The notes below the pieces were generated by a model. The model saw nothing but the letters and a program-made list of their open reading frames with translations, did not search any database and was not told the origin of the DNA. Below are positions 62,601 through 64,000 of a DNA stretch of 64,000 bases, one piece after another (within the stretch, counting starts at the first letter, position 1; every line of letters begins with the position of its first letter). Source of the DNA: Thermoplasmatota archaeon. Lineage in GTDB: Archaea; Thermoplasmatota; E2; DHVEG-1. The position numbers and the translations under genes were made by a program. The stretch is taken from assembly GCA_016927555.1 (NCBI GenBank), contig JAFGML010000039.1, positions 9,839 through 73,838 of the forward strand, given 5' to 3'.

Positions 62601-64000
62601 GTATAGGTATGCCATCGTTGATTGACTGCATAGACATGGTTGTAGGCAAACTCAACGTCATCAACAGCGTTGATAAACACTCCATCTTCTCTGATGTTGG
62701 AGATTTCATTGCCAATGATTTTGATATTCACGATATCTCCGTACTCTGACCCTAGTATGCGTATGCCATTGAACGGGCCTTTTGCTGGATTATTTACCTC
62801 GGAGCCATGGATCTGAGAATGGTAAATGGTAATATTACTTGCTATGTGACTTCCACTCCAATAGTTATGGACATATAGATTCCCTGTGCGTGAATCTCCT
62901 TGAATGATCAAATCAGCAATGACAACGTTTGTTGAACCATCGATATTAATAGGGGTGTGGGTGTTAGGATCTCCTGGTTCTTCGAAATAGAGTAATTTTG
63001 GGCGGGGTAGCGATTCATTCCCATACGCCCCAATTAAAACGTGATCTATCCGCCGAGGCGAGATTTGATAGGTTACTGTAGTTTCAGTTCCTCTTCGTTG
63101 CAAATACGCAGTATTACTATCAAGCAGATACGCATCGCTATACTGGTCATACGTGCCAACGTCGTCCCAGGAATTGTAGGGGTTCTCTTGGCTACCGTCA
63201 CCACCATCAGGCTCATCTGGGTCTATGTAGAAAATAGCTCCATTCTGTGCATAGTAATCCAAGTTGTAATCTAATGGAGGCATACCGTTTGGCCCTGGAG
63301 GAGCAGAGCTGTTCTCAAATGTTGCTTCGACGGAAATTGGAAATGCAGGCATCGTTACATTGGTTGATGAGGAATATACATTGGAGACATACTCAATATC
63401 CCCTGCCCATTGTTCAAAGACGTATCCTGCTGGCGAGGCATCTGCGCTAATGGAAATAACAGTCCCTTCTTCATACGTACCGCTTCCTGAGCCGTTGATG
63501 ACTGTTAATTGGTAGGTTGGGGCTGGTGTGCCAACCGGCGTGTTCATATCTGTGAGAATCTCGCTTTGTGGTAATGCATAGTTGTAGACTCTCACCTCAT
63601 CGATGGCACCGTTGTAGTACTCACCCCAGCTCAGTGAGGCTCCGATGTAGAGGGGATCATTACTAGTGGTAATCGTACCGGTGAGTGCTGCACTGTTTTT
63701 GAGCACACCGTTGACGTAGACTTTTAGTGTTTGTCCATCGTAGGTGGTTGCAATATGCGACCATTGGTTCAAAGGTAAACCGGTTGAGTCGAAGATTTGA
63801 GTACCAGGGTTCAAACCACCACCCGGTGCATAGCTATATGATGAAGTGCTAGCGGCATACAAATAATATTTACCGGTAGGGTCTTTCAATACTGCTGGTT
63901 TCCAGCCTTGGATGTTGGTGGGTCGTACCCATGCTTCGAGGGTCATGCCTGTTGTGAGATCTAAGCTGACTGAGTCAGCAATAGAGACGTAGGAATTTGA
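50681..64000 (-). CDS. Giant surface protein (at least 4,439 aa, 5' end outside window): LamG-like, 4 beta-helix modules, about 25 InlB-B-like Ig repeats, PKD domains, C-terminal TM anchor
   Basis: Track ORF is 4421 aa from the Met at 63946. The frame stays open through 63947-64000 (…SNSYVSIADSVSLDLTTG-MTLEAWVRPT), so the true start is upstream. LamG-like TLEAWVRPT...IDEVRVYN. Four modules begin IYIDP(T/E)N.NDP.EDGS.HPYDSW. Repeats show Y.LT....G.G.V.K.P....Y.YG..V.LTA....GW.F.HWSGD..G..NP..I.M. PKD signature YTWDFGDGTTGTG. C-terminus LLPVLLTILAVITISILLAILIIVRRKKHAS. Confidence 0.9.
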   Translation of the reverse strand, partial: SNSYVSIADSVSLDLTTGMTLEAWVRPTNIQGWKPAVLKDPTGKYYLYAASTSSYSYAPGGGLNPGTQIFDSTGLPLNQWSHIATTYDGQTLKVYVNGVLKNSAALTGTITTSNDPLYIGASLSWGEYYNGAIDEVRVYNYALPQSEILTDMNTPVGTPAPTYQLTVINGSGSGTYEEGTVISISADASPAGYVFEQWAGDIEYVSNVYSSSTNVTMPAFPISVEATFENSSAPPGPNGMPPLDYNLDYYAQNGAIFYIDPDEPDGGDGSQENPYNSWDDVGTYDQYSDAYLLDSNTAYLQRRGTETTVTYQISPRRIDHVLIGAYGNESLPRPKLLYFEEPGDPNTHTPINIDGSTNVVIADLIIQGDSRTGNLYVHNYWSGSHIASNITIYHSQIHGSEVNNPAKGPFNGIRILGSEYGDIVNIKIIGNEISNIREDGVFINAVDDVEFAYNHVYAVNQRWHTYTLDGGCGICPQLPGGDPYSCTGDNLQVNNYEGLHIHHNILDKTDTSNKFVVIVQATGPDPAQGLVFEYNSVSGPSTEGGGNAGLFAVCHYYGDMIIRYNQFFAPNNKSICIQTADANHPQYNHDQYYYVYGNTIEGGVDDNTEFSGWGNGFYYNNVFYNAAPGKRFITSANSNMELKNNIFMNQPGDNIIDINGGTTLTASHNLYLNTHSDTTLSGETNSQIGNPNFVDITSGDFHIQSPSPAIDNGTDVGILFDIDGDTIPQGYGYDIGPDEYNGSAPISYNLTVENGNGDGSYLPGTIVFISADPAPSGYLFNQWTGDTQYIDDPSSADTFVTMPAQNLIVTATYEQLGTAGIIYIDPTNVNDPDENGSPQHPYDSWTDVTIQSNTIYLMKRGTFEALSYFISVVNKVNVTIATYGTGDRPHLTQNVDNSCVFRFENSQHIEISGYKLEMPTGAGYGPLYITATGTGTTSYIYVRDCEIIGGWMGIDAEVYPTQPNAAASHLYIEDCDIHHQSDSGIFCKSNYEVLWDVVEIRGCYIHDVNQEWLNNPVIATGANCIHILRTDHFLVENNTLDKRGTGNKFTFISGGTASSTLKATLGIVRYNTMYPPSYFPTVCPEASSNLIYVNGDIERFEFYGNTAINRGHPQTVTLTNGQQVPVTDEVAIGQINSENDHTIISYNIFDNFGYVAMNGPSLKEVNNNLFRYKQFGDRYYLMSAGNLPTYLRNNIFLMPQGTFLVMNSAGVQMQNNIELYSDDPQVFEDYCRFANLFHPDVPDYHLTADSLNAIDQGIEYPEALDNDLDGVPVPQGDARDIGPYEYSGGTGNENIVYIDPTNQNDPLEDGSLAHPYDSWTDVSFQDNTTYLQKRGTTCDLGSSNLHLSDRYGVTLDAYGTGDRPILQSSSGDKLIGGGHIQYLSVKNLHLIATSTLDDTMTGIIKITWMADPLLPSGHIHIENCEIHGLLLPSDDNGNVRATAFNGIRMLPSDQNPAGYSDLSVLNCDIYNTDDDGIFMIDVQNVEIGGCYIHHVNQEWEAPWTYQDYSSGDCVHMIGLCDGFHVHNNTFDRRDTANKFCFIYGTAGNVNQGATGIVERNTMYPPFDDIDPPGEPSDGCAVIYISPGSNIIIRYNRFYNDQPDDLVGGVGQMFGGLEVYYNTFDNFPDGIAFMYPTRVICTNNVFNMRLCDRQWYGLFCFGSQPLQPGERSVISNNIFNYPPGRTFPVILRTPESCDVGHNLFAYDFPNRIEQGGTPHYPLDANDFIGDPEFIDNDFHISTTSAAIGNGLYIPEIEIDGVIMDFDGDIVGSNGPIEIGVDEVDVSTPSIYTISIATDGQGSVLINPDLPQYPSGTSVELTAVAAPGWQFNHWSGDLSGSTNPDTIIMDSNKTITAHFTLQQYTLIVVIHGSGTVTKNPDYSTYVYGDVVQLTATADPGWIFNHWGGNTSGTANPTSITMTCNKVVIANFTQITYVLTVNSGTGSGSYAQGTVVSIVANAPPAGQIFDQWTGTGAPYVANVNAASTTVTMPATNIAVTATYTDLPPPPSGVVLYYNFNEASGNTVIDQSGNGFNGIINGNALRVEGVSGGAISFDGIDDYIEASGLNQFEVKSIAFWANVGPIVNSNDHQPIVRFLTDARDGNMMIGDCSNYIGDETISVLSGDPAPYYRTFTRSTFDAGWHHIAARFNEGTGNYQIFVDGQLQPMFNAGSGGALFIEQVSDLFLGKIANYYLDGVLDEFSLYDVSLTDAQILNLSQNTQEQYTLSISIDGAGSVIVSPDQPTYHSGDVVELTAIPDSSWAFSHWSGDLGGTTNPEQITITSNTTITAHFMNTPTYQLTVINGTGSGTYSQGAIVSIAADSAPAGQIFSLWSGDIQYLDDPSAAETTVTMPAQNIQVTATYQTATTYLLTVNSGSGSGNYVQGTIVTIVANTPPAGYTFDTWTGDIQHLDDPTSASTFATMPADDVSVTATYTQGTGDQYELIVNDGTGSGFYYDGDLVTITANPAPAGTVFDQWTALYAMEDIIEPNLPQTTITINPLHANDDDQIIIGVYYFDPTQPQGQTIYIDPENGNDPEEDGSFAHPFDTWADITSYQDGYTYLQKRGTTCSISHRIVLNYKKYITFGAYGTGDRPLITSSHSEGIISGSASRYITVRDLHLNSTNKGTGGLFFTRHWYSNIRCEHLLFENCEIDGFYNGVRIIHAFANLISVDIKVLNCTIHDIAEDGIYIQHTNNVEVGYCNIYRVNLDFFVSPTNAIAPGDSIQLAGRHSDFLIHHNILDRSFTGCKFCFISNTGGVPYFTTGIFEHNYCVSPRSDGEGGAVLYLQHGSEITVRYNILTANTSTGDLGLPGICAYKDTNYVYGNILYDLPGGISVAMNKNGYIYNNVFANINEDDIFLNGPQIARVKNNIFYYGPGKTEPSIYNNYAVDLEVDHNLFNYLYSGQGYIGTEYIVGDPLFVDPSTHDYHLIAGSPAIDNGTIIQIITEDIDGDAVPQGAGPDIGVDEVVGSTPTYYILSIAADPVQGGTTTPAVGSHTYLQGTIVSLSATPFAGYSFDHWTGDVTHPTAASTTITMDGNETVTAHFTQNQYTLTTTVNPVGAGTITKNPNQATYTYGQIVQLTANVDPGWEFDHWSGDLSGSANPTSLMITGNMAVTAHFTQNQYTLTTTVNPAGAGTITKNPNQATYTYGQVVTLTANAATGWHFDHWSGDITGTTNPNTITINGNKAVTAHFTLNGPYTLTITTSGTGSGTVDKNNSGPYYYGAKVTLWANASVGSTFTGWNGALTGTVTPQTLTITGNTNVNAEFTLTQYYLNITIQGQGTVSKNPNYTTYTYGQVVQLTATPALHWQFNHWGGNLTGSTNPTSITMTCDKVVIANFTENHYTLSTSIQPSGGGIITKDPNQTTYIYGQTVELTAVANAGWTFDHWSGDLTGTTNPNTIIINGNMQVTAHFTQDQYTLTINILGFGTVTKTPDQPTYTYGQLVRLTATPATGWHFHHWSGDVVSSQNPIIIRMNGSKVVTANFTQDTGYTLDITIQGSGSVLKDPDYTTYTYGQEVTLTAVPATGWSFDHWSGDLTGSTNPDTITIVHNITVTANFTQIPTYHLTVINGTGSGSYTQGTTINITANTPPAGYIFYTWTGDIQHLDDPSLASTFVTMPADDITVSATYTAIQYTLTINTNGQGTVTKDPDQATYLYGQEVTLTANGATGWHFDHWSGNITGTNNPTTIIMDCNKIVNAHFIQNQYTLTTPVDPAGAGTITKNPNQATYTYGQIVQITANENPGWSFNHWSGDLSGSANPSSLTITGNMALTAHFTQNQYTIRITVDPAGAGTITKYPNQPTYTYGQDVQLTATSMTGWHFDHWSGDLSGSANPTTITMNGNKAVTAHFSLNGPYTLAITTSGTGLGTVDKNNSGPYYYGAKVKFWANASVGSTFTGWSGALSGTVTPQTLTITGNSVVDAEFTINQYTLTILAQGSGTVAKNPDQSTYVYGDTVQLTASPDQGWSFDHWSGDVSGSTNPTTITMTSNKVVTAHFTQNEYTLSITVIGTGIVTKNPNQPAYYYGDVVELTATPVNGWSFDHWEGDHTGNTNPDTITITDDMTIIANFTENEFTLSISQTGSGTVTKNPERITYTNGTLVTLTAIPNSGWSFASWIGTNNNNINPTTINMTEDKTVTVTFIQDSGAPPGNNPPPANDPPTANASAGEPYQGIIGQPILFNGSYSSDDGTIVLYTWDFGDGTTGTGKTITHSYLTAGVFTVTLTVKDNNGATDTDTTTATITTTANQPPQAPRIQGPYNGTTNTLYTFFVTASDMDDDDLQYTIHWGDGSPTTITDFHENNTSAPVTHSWTAPGIYSITITASDNHSNSTAIGRTMLIDVLLVGALGYLTDDDDDTVYDTFHHTTDNLSTAVNLEEGWYLLDVDGDATWDYRFNAETGQLQAYSTAEPQATLALLPVLLTILAVITISILLAILIIVRRKKHAS
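52250..58850 (-). repeat. Tandem array of about 270-bp (about 90-aa) InlB-B-like Ig-domain repeats within the giant gene (approximate bounds)
   Basis: Recurring peptide pattern HFTQNQYTLTTTVNP.GAGTITKNPNQATYTYGQ with a 91-aa spacing. DNA-level similarity between copies is visible (for example cagggtgtactggttctg, gcggtgactgctttgttgcc recur). Confidence 0.8.

Overview
Archaeal chromosomal segment of about 50% GC with roughly 45 genes. The archaeal assignment rests on several markers: a membrane-inserted LonB protease, a class I CCA-adding enzyme, a NadM-type NMN adenylyltransferase, a geranylgeranyl reductase with DGGGPS-like UbiA prenyltransferases, a PdxS/PdxT pair, TATA-like boxes about 25-30 nt upstream of many start codons, and oligo-T terminators. 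I cannot assign a phylum from sequence alone.

Both window edges fall inside minus-strand genes for very large surface proteins. At 1..1841 there is an N-terminal fragment with a signal peptide, a right-handed beta-helix and PKD domains. At 50681..64000 there is a giant gene of at least 4,439 codons whose 5' end lies outside the window. It encodes a LamG-like domain, four beta-helix modules, about 25 tandem InlB-B-like Ig repeats, PKD domains and a C-terminal TM anchor. A third paralogous beta-helix surface protein sits at 13661..17338.

Between these lie housekeeping genes (argS, cca, thpR/ligT, tatD-like, an Obg-family GTPase, lonB, nadM, trpB2, pdxS, pdxT, a bacterial-type fbaB and a tdh-like SDR). 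Signalling genes include a multi-PAS histidine kinase and two stand-alone CheY-like receivers. Regulators include two paralogous ribbon-helix-helix (RHH) proteins, an ACT-domain regulator and a stand-alone RAM domain. There is a metV-metF pair and an RND/MMPL-type exporter preceded by a sequon-rich secreted protein.

An isoprenoid-lipid island at about 26.7-37.8 kb carries four UbiA-family prenyltransferase paralogs, a CrtI-like FAD oxidoreductase, a geranylgeranyl reductase and two small membrane proteins. Two noncoding signals stand out. Perfect palindromes GGTAGACC-N3-GGTCTACC occur twice upstream of an RHH gene, and that gene also carries a 66-bp internal tandem duplication containing the same half-site. 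A diverged ~0.9-kb segmental duplication lies inside the giant gene. No tRNA, rRNA, CRISPR array or transposase was recognised.
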